64,000 nt of DNA from Lingula anatina (Eukaryota; Animalia; Brachiopoda), in contig CM120641.1 of assembly GCA_051362555.1 (NCBI GenBank), positions 25,488,401 through 25,552,400 on the forward strand, given 5' to 3'. A model generated the notes under the pieces. That model made no database searches. It worked only from the letters and a program-made list of their open reading frames with translations, and was not told the DNA's origin. Shown here in pieces: positions 1 through 32,581 of the stretch. The translations under genes were made by a program, and so were the position numbers. The number at the start of each line of letters is the position of its first letter. The stretch's first letter is position 1.

Positions 1-162
1 CTGTTTCTGTGTTTAAGTTTGAGACACTTTTATATAAAGTAATGGTTGCCAAAAGTTCGTATTTGGTCTCTTTAAAATCGTTCATTTGAATACCTCCATT
101 TGATACTCAACTCTATTAATTGATACAGATGTCTTATTTCTTGGCGACATGTTGTGTTTTAG

Positions 163-2975
163 GTCTTGGGATAGGCATGATGTACATCCCTGCCATCATC
201 ATAATTGGATTTTATTTTGAACGACGCCGGGCACTTGCTAATGGACTAGGGATGTGCGGTTCTGGCATCGGGTTCTTTGCGTATGCGCCTCTCACGAAGT
301 ACCTGTTCGAGATATTCTATTGGAAAGGTGGTCTGATTATCATAGCCGGTATAACCCTGCACGGAGTTATTTCTGGGGCCGTCTACAGGACTATCGAGGA
401 GGACGATGAGGAGGACGAAAGCGATCTCACTACGAAGTCACGTACGCTACATTTGCAAACAGACGGTGCACCAAAACCAGTGGATACGTTTGACACCGGG
501 CTGAGCGGGGCAGAGCACCCTTTCTCCTCGCTTCGTTCCTTGAATATCAACAATTATCCTTGGGACGAGAAGCCCCATAAAAATTTTCTGTCTAATCCTC
601 AGGTCAACAGGGTAAAAATGGAACATTTTAACTCAAGCAGACCCCCGAACGCCCCAAACTCAATGGTGACACTTTCGCAAGACCGTGACAATACAGAAGC
701 GCGCACATCAGGCAAAAAAATGTTACCAAAACACAATCACAGGCTAAGTCATTCACGACGTTCTTTGAACTCAAATTCAAGACTCGGGCCCTTGTACAGA
801 AAAGACATTTTCTACAGTGGAAGTATAATGAATCTGAAGGAATATAAAGAAAGTTCTAGCATCAACTCATTCAAACACAGTATGAGCAATTTGCCACTCG
901 AGGAAAGTCCAGAACAAGTTGACTCGTCCACGTTCAAGGATGTCCTTGTAATGATGTTAGACCCAGTACTATTTAAGAATCCAGTTTTCGTTGTCCTAGC
1001 AATTTCACACTTTTTATGGACAGGTAAACTGCCTTTTGAGCGTCAGCAAATTTTTCACATGAAAACCAGTTTTGTGAACCTAACAACCCATGAAAATCTC
1101 ACATTTTTTGTCGGCAGGTGTAAAGTCTTTTATTGTAGTACTGGTAGTTACCCTACTATACCGTTTGCACAGGTCGCATTATTGACCTCTAACTACATAG
1201 TTCGGTCGCCAGTATATGACACACATTTTGTATTCTTTTATTTATTCATTCACTATACCACTATCTTTCTAACACGCAAAGTGAGCATATGGCATCTTTA
1301 ACAAAAGCTTGGTCTTATTTTTAACCTATAGTTAATACAGAAAACATACTACTGTCCTATAATCTTATTGCTCGGAGAAAAGCCTCCACCACTCTCTTCA
1401 AGAGCACTTTTTTGTCTTTGAACGATTTTAATTTTACACCCCTTTTCCATACACCCCATTCTCATAGATTAGATCGACCTACTTTAGATCGACCTAACTC
1501 CCTGGGGGTTCACGCTAAATAGCTGTCAGCCGGGCGGACACGAAAGTTAATTACCCCCTTACAGCTTGTAGTAGGCGGGACGGACATTTAAGTCGGATTA
1601 TCTGAAAGTAATCTAGTGAGACTCCCCGCGGGGATAGATCGATCTAAAATCTATGGGAATAGAGCCTTAGTGCAGTACTGAAAATCTCCAGTATAGATTC
1701 GTTTGATATATAACGATGACAAGATTAATCTCAAGAAGCGCACTGCCTTTAAAATTCTAAAATTCATTTTCTTTTATTTCTGTATTTACCCATGACACTT
1801 TTGGCACCACGCTATGTGTAAGATTTAATTAAGATTGCTCTTTACAGCTCAAACGACGCCATTCACCTACATTGGCGACCATGCCGTGCACCATGGTATG
1901 AACAAACAGCATGCCGCCTTCCTGCTCATGTGCTCGGGGATCACATCCACCATCAGCAGAGTGGTCATGGGTCTAGTGGCGGACTGCCAGCGAGTAGACC
2001 CATTGAAACTGTACTATTGCAGCCTGATTTTACAAAGCATTATATGTATGGCGTTGCCTTTCTGTCACACTTTTGAAATACTTATTGCCTGCGCTCTTGC
2101 CTTTGGATTTAACGCGGGTAGGTTTTGGCTTGTCCAACGTTTTGATGAATGAACCAATAAAATGTTCTTTTAGTTTGTTGGTGAAATTTTATAGTTTCTA
2201 CGAAGTATAACATTTATCATGATACTTTTTTGTAAGACTTGAAATACTCGATCCCGCCCGCGCTCAAGCTTTTGGATTTAACGTAGGTGGGTGTCGGAAA
2301 AAGAGCAATAAGAGGGTGGCGTATATTTTGTAATGAAATCTTACGACAGAGCGAGTAGGGATAGTGAAAGAACAGAATGCTCATTTTAAATAACTGTTGT
2401 TCAAGATGCCTTTTGTATTGAAATTTTCGTCTGCTTTTCAGGTTCTTATGTATCACTTCGAACCATAGTCATCGTAGACTTACTGGGAGTAGGGAAATTA
2501 ACAAATGCCTTCGGATGGATAGCAATGTTTCAAGGCATCGGTTACATAATCTGCCCTGTTATAACAGGTACACATGTATACAACTTGCAATTTTTCAAAG
2601 AAAGTTCAGTGTTGTAAAGGTATTATATCTCTCCTACTGACACACAAACACACACATACACCGAACTTTGCATACAAAACACAAAGATGATGTTATTCTT
2701 TAAATGCACGTTTTAATTAATTATAATTCATTAAACGAATCAATTAACCTTTGTGATTGCCTTCATTAGGCTCCATTCACGACGTATCAGGGAACTTCTA
2801 CGCCCCATTCGGACTTGCCGCCGCCCTGTTCTTTCTGGCGGGCTTGGTTTGCTTTCCTCTTCGCCATCTGGCCAGGTCGCGAGCCAAGTGCAACCTCTGT
2901 GGGGAACTGCTGACGAAGTGTTCTGGAAAGTGCTCCGAAATTGCTACATCCGAAACATTCTCGGGCGGTTCATAA
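163..2975 (+). CDS. Monocarboxylate transporter (SLC16/MFS), last four exons; 5' exons lie upstream of the window
   Basis: Exons 163-1023, 1848-2117, 2442-2567 and 2770-2975, with AG/GT ends in consistent phase 1. Motifs GLGIGMMYIPAIIIIGFYFERRRALANGLGMCGSGIG, PLYRKDIFYSGS (typical of the invertebrate MCT central loop) and IVDLLGVGKLTNAFG. TAA stop at 2973-2975. Confidence 0.93.
1437..1662. mobile_element. MITE-like element with imperfect inverted termini, in an MCT intron
   Basis: Left arm cattctcatagattagatcgacc is roughly inverted against right arm gatcgatctaaaatctatgggaatag. The core ttaattaccccct is shared with the elements at 44457-44716 and 48601-48760. Confidence 0.6.
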
Positions 2976-4097
2976 CTTACGGCTTCCTCCTGTGCGTGCT
3001 TATCGTATATTATAAGTGGGGCGGTTCTCTTCTCTTTGGACGATAAAGCTTCCAGAAATACCGCGCCTTTTCAAGCAGATGGCAAAGGTAGAGATCCCCG
3101 ACTGTCTTTATACTTATCAATATAGACCTCGGACTAAAGACAATTTGAACGCGGACAGGGAATGCCCACACAGGGATGCTTTGAGGTTAAATTTTTTATC
3201 AGGCAGCAGTATAGTTTTTACGATGCAAATCGAACATATGCATTTTGCTTACTGTTGAAAAAAGGCTATTCTGGCAATAGTTCTCCTTGGATACTTTATT
3301 TTCATTGGATGAACATGATATGCAATATCAGGTCATTATAAAACATTGCATGGATTTCTATACACCAATATTTGGTGGGTTTTTATTAAGCATAATATGC
3401 ATTAAAACCAGATTTTATCAAAAGTTTTGTAAGATTTAACATAACCTCAATCTATCTATGCATAAACAATTTCAGAGGAATAAAATGTGTTAGAAGCATA
3501 ATAGATGATCCCAGAAAACAAGACGACGAATAGATATTGGATGATGTTTGGACAGCTGACTTTCAGAGCAAGGTCACTGACATTGTTTAAAATGTTCGCT
3601 TTTTCACAAGAGTTACGATTTTCTGAATTTTTGTGTCTTATATACATGTACAGGTGCCATTTATGAATACGTAAATACAAAAATTATGCATCTTCATAGC
3701 ATACATTTCGTGCTCAGTACATGTAGGCCTACTAGTACATGTCACTACATGTACACAGCGCAGGCCTATCTTGCAAAAACATAGTCCACAGTATTCTCAT
3801 TTCTGATCTTCTTACCAAGGCACGTTCCCCTCCAATGCGACCATTGAGAAGCATTTAGTGTCAGCAATGATTGATTGCAATAGATCTCACAATTACTCTG
3901 TCAATATATTCATTAACAGATACTGAGGATATATGCATGGGGTCCTAGGCACTCGAGTCTCTTTCATGAAGTGACATGCGGTTGCGTTCTTGCGATGTCA
4001 TATACAGGTAACTGTCATCCAGAATGTATTGTTCGTAGTACATTTCTGATGCCATGGATACTAAGGGAGAGCGGGTGCACCGTCTGAACTCTCAGGT

Positions 4098-4129
4098 GCA
4101 GACGATCACAGCGTGTCGTCTGCGTCTAG
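4098..4129 (+). mobile_element. Possible Helitron/Helentron 3' terminus
   Basis: Hairpin gcagacga(t)cac-agc-gtgtcgtctgc followed by CTAG|T. The 5' end is not securely located. Confidence 0.35.
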
Positions 4130-5222
4130 TTTAAGTGCCAATTACGATACGTGTATTCCAAAATGCTAACGTTTTCAGCATAATATTTGTATCTTTTTAT
4201 TGATGTGACAGTAATTTGAGCACAAGCATGATCATTTTCTTTGTGTCTGTACATTTGGCAGCTTTGCTTTTTTTCAGATCGAAATGTTTTTAACCATATT
4301 TCTTGCAATTCAATTAGTTTTTACTTCATAAGTCAACCAATACGTCACCTTCCTTTGTTTTAATGAACTACAACGCATAGTACTCAAAGTTTAAATTATT
4401 TTCCACCAAATAAATGCGATAGGCATACATTCACAATTTACAAAAAGGAACAAGAAGCAAAACGTTCAAAAATAAGAAAAATTAAACTTTTATTATGGGA
4501 GTTGACAAACCTACATAGCATAGAGTATGCTTCACAATTTCTACAAATAAGTGTTAAACATAATAATCACAGATAAAAGACGTTTCAATGTCTATTGCAC
4601 CGACAAATTAAAGAAAAAAACCTTTGTTGATAAGCTTTCATTATGTAAGTAACTAAGTACCCTGTGCTGATAAAATTCATAAAAACAGTTCACACACATA
4701 GCTAGCCATAATATTGACAATTTTTTTTTACTTATTTTGGGGGGTTCTCACTAATATAGGCCCTTCCTCCATTAGCCCATTATCTAGGTTTATATGTCAT
4801 ATATTTATACTGAAATCATAATGTTTAAGTATACTAAGGTATCAAAAATATTTTTAAGAAACGAAAGAAACAGTTACATCAGACGCATGTATTTGGCATC
4901 AAACAAAGTGTACTGGAAATCATTTTTCTGAGCTGCATTTCCAGGTTTTCCACATATATGCAGTACACCTTTATCGCTTTTCCAACATTTTTGTATACAT
5001 AACGGCAATATTCAAGATGTGCTCATACTACAGCCAGCTTGCGTGTTGCAGTACAAAAGTGTCGCTTCCTGCTGTGCACCTTGTCTAAGTCACAGCGAGT
5101 CCGGATGATTAACATCACACTTTGATAGCTTTTATGTCCACACCTGGACTGAGTTAAAAGAGTTACCACACCTGAACAGCATGATAAATGCCATCTTTAG
5201 ACTATCCCGCCTCTCTTGCCTG

Positions 5223-24206
<18,984 letters not shown>

Positions 24207-24654
24207 CTTAAAAAGAGACAAATCTGACAATTATTTATCAAAATCATATGTCTGGAACAGCTTTAATTGCGTCTATTTCTAATGTGTAGTTAACATTTAA
24301 GTTACATATGAATAGAAGGCAGACTCCCCATTACACATATATATCAATTCACCTTACTACCAGTATCTCTCACAACTACAATATAATTTTTGGAGAAATG
24401 TGAAACAATACCCTTTACATATTTAAGTTATGCTACTTGGAACTATATGGTGGCATTTGGTTGGGTTTATGGCAAAGATATGACATGTATACTTACTTCA
24501 ATTGCATCTTTAACTGTGGCTACAGATATATCACGTTTTATTAAGAGCTCAATAAATTATTATTATTATTATCATCATAAATGTGAGAGTCAAGCATAAT
24601 TATTCAATGCACAGCCAATCAACATGGGACCAATTTTAATGCAAGTTGTCTTAC

Positions 24655-24748
24655 CTTGAGTGCAGCAGAAAACGCATTCAAATCTCTCCTCTGGTCAAGT
24701 GTCAAAATCTAATCAATGGCGTCAAGTCAGACACACGCTAAGCCTTAT
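24655..24748 (-). other. Probable non-coding 5'-UTR exon of CCDC33
   Basis: ttttcag acceptor and AAG|GTAAG donor. The first coding exon starts with ATG directly after an AG, so upstream exons are expected. Candidate first-exon donors at ~26087 and ~26112. Confidence 0.55.
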
Positions 24749-27700
24749 CTGAAAAGGAGCAAAAAATTTAGTACAGAAATTTTCTACCCTGTTATCAGAA
24801 TGTCAAAGTTTTGTTGTGGAACACTTTATTAACCTTCTTATCATTCAGCACTAAGCAGTGTTCTTAACAAATGACTTAAATGCAATTACCATGAACAAAC
24901 AAATGCATCAGTATTAATTGACCATTTGGAAACTGAATATACCTGGCTTACAATATCCCTACTAAATTTGCCTATGCTACATTTACCCCTGCTACTCGTT
25001 ATAACTACAAAACATCACAATCCAGCTTGACATCCCCTATGAATGGGGGGGAAACTACACTGTACATGTACACAGCTCTAAATCTTTGTTTAACTTCAGT
25101 ATCATTGTTTCAGTTTTAACTCTATATTTTCTGGGGCCATGAAGGCATATTTTTCATTTTGCCAAATCACTTAGGTATGGCTTTAAGATTTTGTTAAGGG
25201 GGGGGGATGCTAGAGAGGCACAAGAAAATTTGTGGATAAGGTAATGTTAAAACACAAATGATTAGTGTTAAATATTTGTCCTATCCATTTACCTGTATCT
25301 GCTAATAATCTTTGTTAAAGAGCCTATAACACTGCATAAATATTTTCCCCCTTTTGTCTCTAGCTACCCCCCCCCCCCTGCAAAATCTTGGGTCCATCCA
25401 TTTAAACATAAATTATAAAATAGTTGGTCTGGAAATTTTGCAATATGTAGTTCAAAAAAATATGTTTGGTTTTATCTTGTTTACCTTTATTTAATTTTGC
25501 TTAACTGCCGTTTTGGTCATTTTGGGGCGAGGTGGCATGCCCACCCACCCCCTCTTTAGACAAGCACATTTATACTTTGTCATTTTTTTAAAAAATTCAT
25601 CCAAACTGGATTTTCCACAAGATAAAAAAGTAGGTAACACGCCTTCAATACGAGATCATTCAACCTTGAAGAGAGCCTGCCACTGTTTCAGTGCTTGTGC
25701 CTGGCTGACTAACGTGAAATCTATGAAGGTCAGCATTCGCTTTGATAGATTCACAGCAGTAACAGTACAAATGCAGTCGTCCCTGACGGAGTGTAACGAC
25801 ATGTACCGGTACAAATGGCAATTCTAACAATGTAAAGTCATCTGGAAATGTTAAAAACCAATATTGTAGTTTTATACCATGTCTCTCTAAGCACATGTTC
25901 TAATGTTCGACCATCGATATCGAGACAGAGGAATTAAGATAGCAATGGCGCCGATATTTATCAATATTTAACGTTATTTATCTATAAATGTACTTATGTA
26001 CTACGCACTGCTGATGGTTTGCCCCTGTAGTTAACCGAATGGTGCTTAAGCCTTTCTTCTGGGACTGTAAAGTCACGAATACTTACTTCAAGCCGGAACA
26101 AAACTCACTACCTGCAGTTGAGCCGACATGCACAGCAACAGTAAAAGACATTTAGAGTCAGAACTGTCGACTTTCACCCACTAAACCTGTCACTTTGCTC
26201 AGCAGATACCTGTACTGGATGTGGTGAAATCTGGTGAAATCCTTAGCAGCTAGATGTATTTCATCTCAGGCATCTAAGCTTTATCCTTTCCACGTGGATT
26301 CTGCTTTTTCGAACCACTATGCAGTTGTGATGGTCACAACCACGTAATGCCATTGTGACGAGTTGTTTATGATCTGTCGCATCTATCGCAATGATTTTTT
26401 TTAAATCAAAATTCTTTTTCCGAATGTGTTGAAGCATAGTTGACAAGACCCGTACAAGTCCTTTATTTTACGACCTGCGTTTATAGGCCTACATATTTAG
26501 CACTTTTTTTATGCTTTTGTTTGAGTCGGTATTAACAAAATACTGTTTCCCACGGACATGTAGACCTATGTTGCTCGTAAACAAAAAATACAACACGAAC
26601 AGGAATGAGATTAGTGATGTGATTGTGTGCTTAATCTATCTCCCTCTTATACTGACGGGAGGTAAAGCTGCTTTTTTTCTGGAAAGGGGGATTGAAGGAG
26701 TATGGATGCAAGATCCTAGTACCCCCGTATCCGCTTAGATTTTGTTTGATGCTGGGCCTCCTAATTTAGTAGGCCTAACCCTTGTTCCAGGGGGGTGCAT
26801 TTCTATAGTCCAGAATGCATTAGTAGGCCTACTATTTCATCAGTTTTTTAATAAAAGGGTTTCTTTATTTTGAAGGTTTTGTAGTGAACATTCATACCAA
26901 TTAACCCTCGGACTGTTGCAATGCTTCTGTCCCAGGTTCCTTCCCAGTTCTCGCTTACACAAGGCCCTATTAGGCCCTATTACTTTCAAAAATTAAACCA
27001 TTTTAAAAGGCTACTTGTTTTGCATATTCACTAGTTAATGAAGACGTAGGGTAAGAACCCGTCAACAAGCGTGTTTTTGCAAGCAGTACCTGAGGCAACT
27101 GATAGGCCTATAGGCCTGAAAGTGGAGATTTACTGTCCTTCTCTTTCAGCCCATTAATGAAATAAAAGCAGGTGTTGGTGTTCACGTAGATTTTTGTTAT
27201 CCAGGGGAGAAATTATCACAAGAGAAGACTCGTAGATTTTTTTACTGATCACGCGACGATTAACCAGGGGGAAACAACAGGTATGAAATAAATATCCGAT
27301 TATCGTTGTGCTAGAGTTTCACAGACGATATGTTCTCAACATGCCATTGTATTAAAAACGGTAATGACTTTCTCACGCTTGCATTTTAGTTTCTGAGAAT
27401 TTTATGGCAATGACGATAATCAGTGTTTAATGAAAAATTAGCACCCTTGTGCATATAGAACTTCCAGGCAATCTTAATTGTAAGAAAATGTATATGACTT
27501 CTGTGACAACCCACAGGCAACCCCCCCCCCCCCTCCACCAAGGAAAAAAAGAATGCTTCTTAACCCCTTCCTCACAGAGTGAAGTATTGAGAAGGTCTAG
27601 TAAAACATATCAAAATGGTTTGAAAATATTCTCCTGAAACATGGTCTTTATATCTTAATTTTGATCAAATTCTCGTGTTTTCACGGGAGCTCTTGTCAGA

Positions 27701-27803
27701 TTGCTCCAGAGCAGGGAAAGCAACCCGTGGGACATTAAATTTTTATATCACCTTTTACATGTACCCAGGAAAATACGATAAGGCGCCTTCACAAAAGCCC
27801 CGT

Positions 27804-27973
27804 TTATCTTTTTTTTTATTTTAGACCCTCTTTGTTGTTAAATATATATATAGCCTGTCTTTATTATGTTTTACATTTCATCACTATTATCTTTTTTATT
27901 TTAGACCCTCTTTGTTGTTACATATATATATATAGCCTGTCTTTATTATGTTTTACATTTCATCACTATTATC
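27804..27973. repeat. ~80 bp direct tandem duplication
   Basis: ttagaccctctttgttgtta...catcactattatc at 27821 and 27901. Confidence 0.92.
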
Positions 27974-28493
27974 AATATGTGACTTACGCACGAGTTGAAG
28001 AGCACATGTATTGCGTCTGCTTGTCATAACAGATCTGCTGCGGGCGTCATTAACACGGTGACGCGCGTCGACGCTTTTTCTGCAAATCCGCCTTAATCAA
28101 AATAAGCGTGGAGGGAAGTCGCACCTGACATCACAGTTTGGACGAAAACAGTTCCAGCCAACTTCATTCGATCTCTTTGATGCTGTCTGTTTAATTTGGC
28201 GTATATATTCTATAAATACACGCGGCATGTCATACAATCAATCCATAATAGACAAGTCCGCACCATAATGGCGGTAAACAACTCGTTTATCACTAAGATC
28301 CAATGCGTAAGCGCCGAGGTGACGTGGTCTTGTCCCTTGACGGATTTTAGGATCTACACGTTATTGTATGATGGCTCTTTGGTGTAAAATGCCCAATGAT
28401 CTATCAGAATTTCAGAGACTATTGGAAACTGGTCATTATTACATATTACAATATAACTTCGATATAAGTTTTTATTTCAAGGCGATCAGTTAA

Positions 28494-28694
28494 AGGTACA
28501 CTCCATGAGATTTACCCGCCAAAATGGATTTTCCCCGGTCCTTTAGGCTCCAATTGAAATGCCAACATCAGGTACGCTCCATAAAAAGTATTGAATGGGT
28601 TAAATCATTTTTAAGGTATTTGTAAGGTTTTAGAAGAAGTTGTAGATGGCAAAAATTAGCATTTTGGGGATTTCAAATCCCATGGAGTGTACCT
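28494..28694. mobile_element. TTAA-flanked MITE (Kolobok-like)
   Basis: TIRs aggtacactccatgagattt / aaatcccatggagtgtacct (one mismatch), with TTAA on both sides. Termini start AG, as in Kolobok, rather than CC, as in piggyBac. Confidence 0.8.
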
Positions 28695-29123
28695 TTAATG
28701 AATTTTGATTTCAGACTCTATATTACACGCAGTCCTGGCAAAGTCTATGTAACAGTAACAATAACAATGCCCACTTTTTGACAATTTTATTGATAGCTGC
28801 CATACACCTCTTATTAACGCAATCTAATATAGTTTATCTAAACCTCTCTTTTTTCCTTACTTACGAAACATATGTACAATGTTAATGACCCCGCAATATT
28901 AAAAAAACAAAAAATTGAAAATTGTCTTTTTTTTTTCAAAATATTGTTTTATGTGTTCTCCTAGTATCGACAGACACCAGCGAGCATCTTTCTGAAAATC
29001 TGCGTTTTGTGCATCGATTTTCTTTTTTCAGTATTGTGCGTATTTGAATATACGCCTTATCCAAAAGGCGCTTGAACATTACGTCTAACGTCATAACTAA
29101 CGTCAATCATTTAGTGTCACTGT

Positions 29124-32100
29124 TCAAGACATTTTTGTGCCGTCTTTGAAAAATCCTTCACTTGTAGGGCTTTCCAAAAACGTAACCGTTAGCGCATTGC
29201 AAGTAACGTCCGTGACAGTTACGTCCAGTTCCATGGCCCTCTTGGCTTGGGAGGTCCAGTCATTGGCTTGGAATGCAAATACATCGTCATCTTCATGTCC
29301 ATTGACGGAGGAGGCGGGGCTTTCCGATGTGGGCGGGGTAAGGAGGTTGGGATCTTGCGGGGACCATCGTCCACTGTACGAATCACGGACACTGTAACCC
29401 AGCTGATTTTCCGTGGTGTTATCATGGCCCCATTCTCCAGTTCCCGCCACCCAGGCATAGGTTCTGTCGTCTGCAGCGATCGCCGCGTTGGATTTTTCCT
29501 CGTGGAAAATAGAGATTCTACTTTTAAAGCAATCGTTCATCTGGGGCTCGACGTTGTCACCGAAGGATCTCCTTTCGTCCCTGGCCTCTTCTGGCGTGGT
29601 CGTCTGCTCGTGTGTCTCCATTTGCGAGGCTTGGAGGTTGTAGATATTCAATAAGCGCTTCTTTGGTGCGTGAATGAGAGGGAGCTGTGAGGGTCTCGCG
29701 ACACGTGCTGTAGGTCTCGGTGGCAGATTTACGTGCAGGGTTGGGTATGGTACTGGACGAACAGGAACGGCCAAGACCTGTAAAAAATAAAATAGATATA
29801 GCTTTCTTGTCATGATGGATCTGGAGGACAGTTTGTCAGTTTTAATTTCACAAACTTTTCCATATTTACAGATTTCATAATCACATACGTGCCATAGATT
29901 GTTGATGTCCTTGAAAATACCTAAACTTATTTTTAGTTTAAGAACGATATTACAAAGAGACACACTAATTATATTTGGGCAACCACAGTACTCATACTTT
30001 TGTGTTAGTGAAAGACTGGCAAACCCTCAGATAATTTGATTTTTTTCATGATCGATTTCGTATAATTTACTATCGTAAACAACCCAAGGTCGTAAAGCAA
30101 AAGCTGCAGTGTCTAGACCGCAAAGCGTTTAATAACGACGAAAACAGAATACCGGTGTCACTCAAAATCCACACTTTCAAGTATGAAATTTGTTGTTAGC
30201 TTATAATTTGTTCAATTTCCAAGAAAACGTTGTATATATATATACTAACAGCAACCACCAAAATTCCACAAATTCTTGCACGGATATTTTTTGTTTACAA
30301 AGCACGGTACTCCGGACCGCCCGGGGACCCGAACCCCAGGTACGCGTGCCTGTTTACGATCCCAAGTGTTTTCATGCACAGTTCTATCAAGGTTAAGGGA
30401 ACAACACATTAACCTTTTCACCGCGCAGAGTGTACGTAATAGTACTCTTATAGTGGCCAGTTTTTTTCCCTCGATTTCTCCCTGTTCTGTAGAAATGTAT
30501 CGATTGTCAAACTTAAAGCTCCTACGGAGAAGTTAACCTTGGATAACTGGCTCGTGCTAAATCGCTTCAACGTCAACAATTATGTAAACGCTTATAGGTC
30601 AGTTCACCAATTTCCGTGATTCTGAGCGTTCTTCGATAAAACTATCGATCAGATGCGTCACCGGACATATAATTTGAACCGTGCTTTCTATTTGAACGGC
30701 AACCATGCCCGACAGAACTGACACAAACCAGTATGCGTGATCATCGGGCCTATTGAGTTATCTTGCCAATTGTTTTGGGTCAAGCCATCGGCTCAGGAAG
30801 AGAGTACGACTGTACTTTCTAAAAATACCCCATCCGGAACCAAAGTTGAACAAAGTTCTGTGTTGACATAATCAGCTTAATTTAACTATAACACGAAAGG
30901 CGTTCAATATTGAAAAAAAAGTGTCGGTCTTTAAGGCAATGACGTCAATACAACCGCATCGTCAGCCCTCGGCTAAGAGATGAATTAATCTTTACGTTGG
31001 TAGGTCGCTAGTCTTTGTATAGAATCCGCTTAATTTTAGTCATTTATCTTTAGCGAAAGTAAGAAAATACAATGCGCGTAAAGAAATAGGCTTTTCGCAG
31101 TGAGCTGAAATACATGGAATAGTCAGTAAAAGATAAATACGACGTTACTATTTCTTACCGTTGCCTTAGGACGTCCTCGGCCTTTTCTGTATCCTGGTTT
31201 CAGCCCAAGACGTATTCTAAAAAACAAAACATTCAATAAATTATATTGATTAATATACACATGTGAGTATTTTTTAACCTACACCTGAAACACAAAGTTG
31301 TACAGAGTCCAAATGTAAATATGAACTAAAGTTCCAGTGAGATTAACAAATGCTAAGTTGACAAAAGAGCTACTGTCGCTGTAAGTGGTCAGCGAATGGT
31401 GCACGTGCGACCGACACGCAGCTGCACGGGGCTGTGTAGCTGGCACGTTATAAGTGCATACCCGTCAGTTTAGTAGGCACGTTCTAAGCATGCTTTTGTA
31501 ATCCCTGTATTCACATGTCTTTCGGTCGAACGAAAACAAAATGACTTCATTCAAGATTCAAATCTACCACAAATTGCTTTATCAAATTCATGGCTAACCA
31601 CAAAGGACGATAAGTTTCACAACCCATACCAAATCCAGAGAGATCCAAAGGACATAAAAGAAGTACTCATATTTCTTATATTTTTTTTTTTCAGAAAATA
31701 AATTTGTATTTTGTGACGATAAATAACGATTATGACGGGAGGAGTGTGTATAAAGTGAAGTCTAAACCAAACCCTTGTTACAGTGACCATTTGAGACAAA
31801 CAGCGTGGCATTTGCTGTAAGATCCCAGAGCGATGGCTCCATGCAGGCCATGTTTCACCTGAACCGCATCAGGAACAAAAATCAATATCTCACTTAGGTA
31901 AGAAGTTTCATAACGAAAAATAAAAGAACTAAGAGGATTGCAGGGTAGCCCTGTGAGTGATTTTAGACGGCACACTTGCACATCCTGTGATGGCAGGAAA
32001 GCTTTAATTACACTCATAAGGCCCAAGAATACCAGTACAAAACCCCTTGGAATACTCGGCACTGATTACGTCGAGGCCTCCTTGGTCACAGCAAAATTCT

Positions 32101-32544
32101 CAAGACGCTTTCTAGGAATTACCGCAAAAGAAACTCACTGTGGTTAGATTAGCACTGAGAGATGGAGAAGAACATCTAGACTGTCGAGGACCTGGCGATG
32201 CTGAGTTATGAAACAGGCCAAGTCAAGTTGGTTTCACAAATAAAGAGGTGGAGAGTTGGAGTCACTTTGAGATCGATCATTTTGGAAATAAAGTTAAATC
32301 AGCATTAGTCAAATTGAATGAGGATAATAGGAATATTTTGCAGGCAATAGTTTAGATTATTACGGAAAAGTAGATTAATGTTTTAAGTCAACTTTCGAGT
32401 AAGGTTGTTCTGTGCCCCCCCCCCCCCCAAGTTCTACAAATGACTGAAAGGCAACATATATCTAGGCCTACTGAGGTGAGCAAGAACGTGCACACATACG
32501 CGTGCACACATACGCGCACACACAAATGCACACACACTCACTCA

Positions 32545-32581
<37 letters not shown>

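Noticed and set aside
120-1301. 393 aa ORF as a complete intronless gene
   Set aside because: It starts and ends in intron sequence; only 163-1023 is exonic.
3860-3930. C/D box snoRNA-like motifs (atgattga...ctga)
   Set aside because: The C box is imperfect, with no terminal stem or recognisable rRNA guide, and the site is intergenic.
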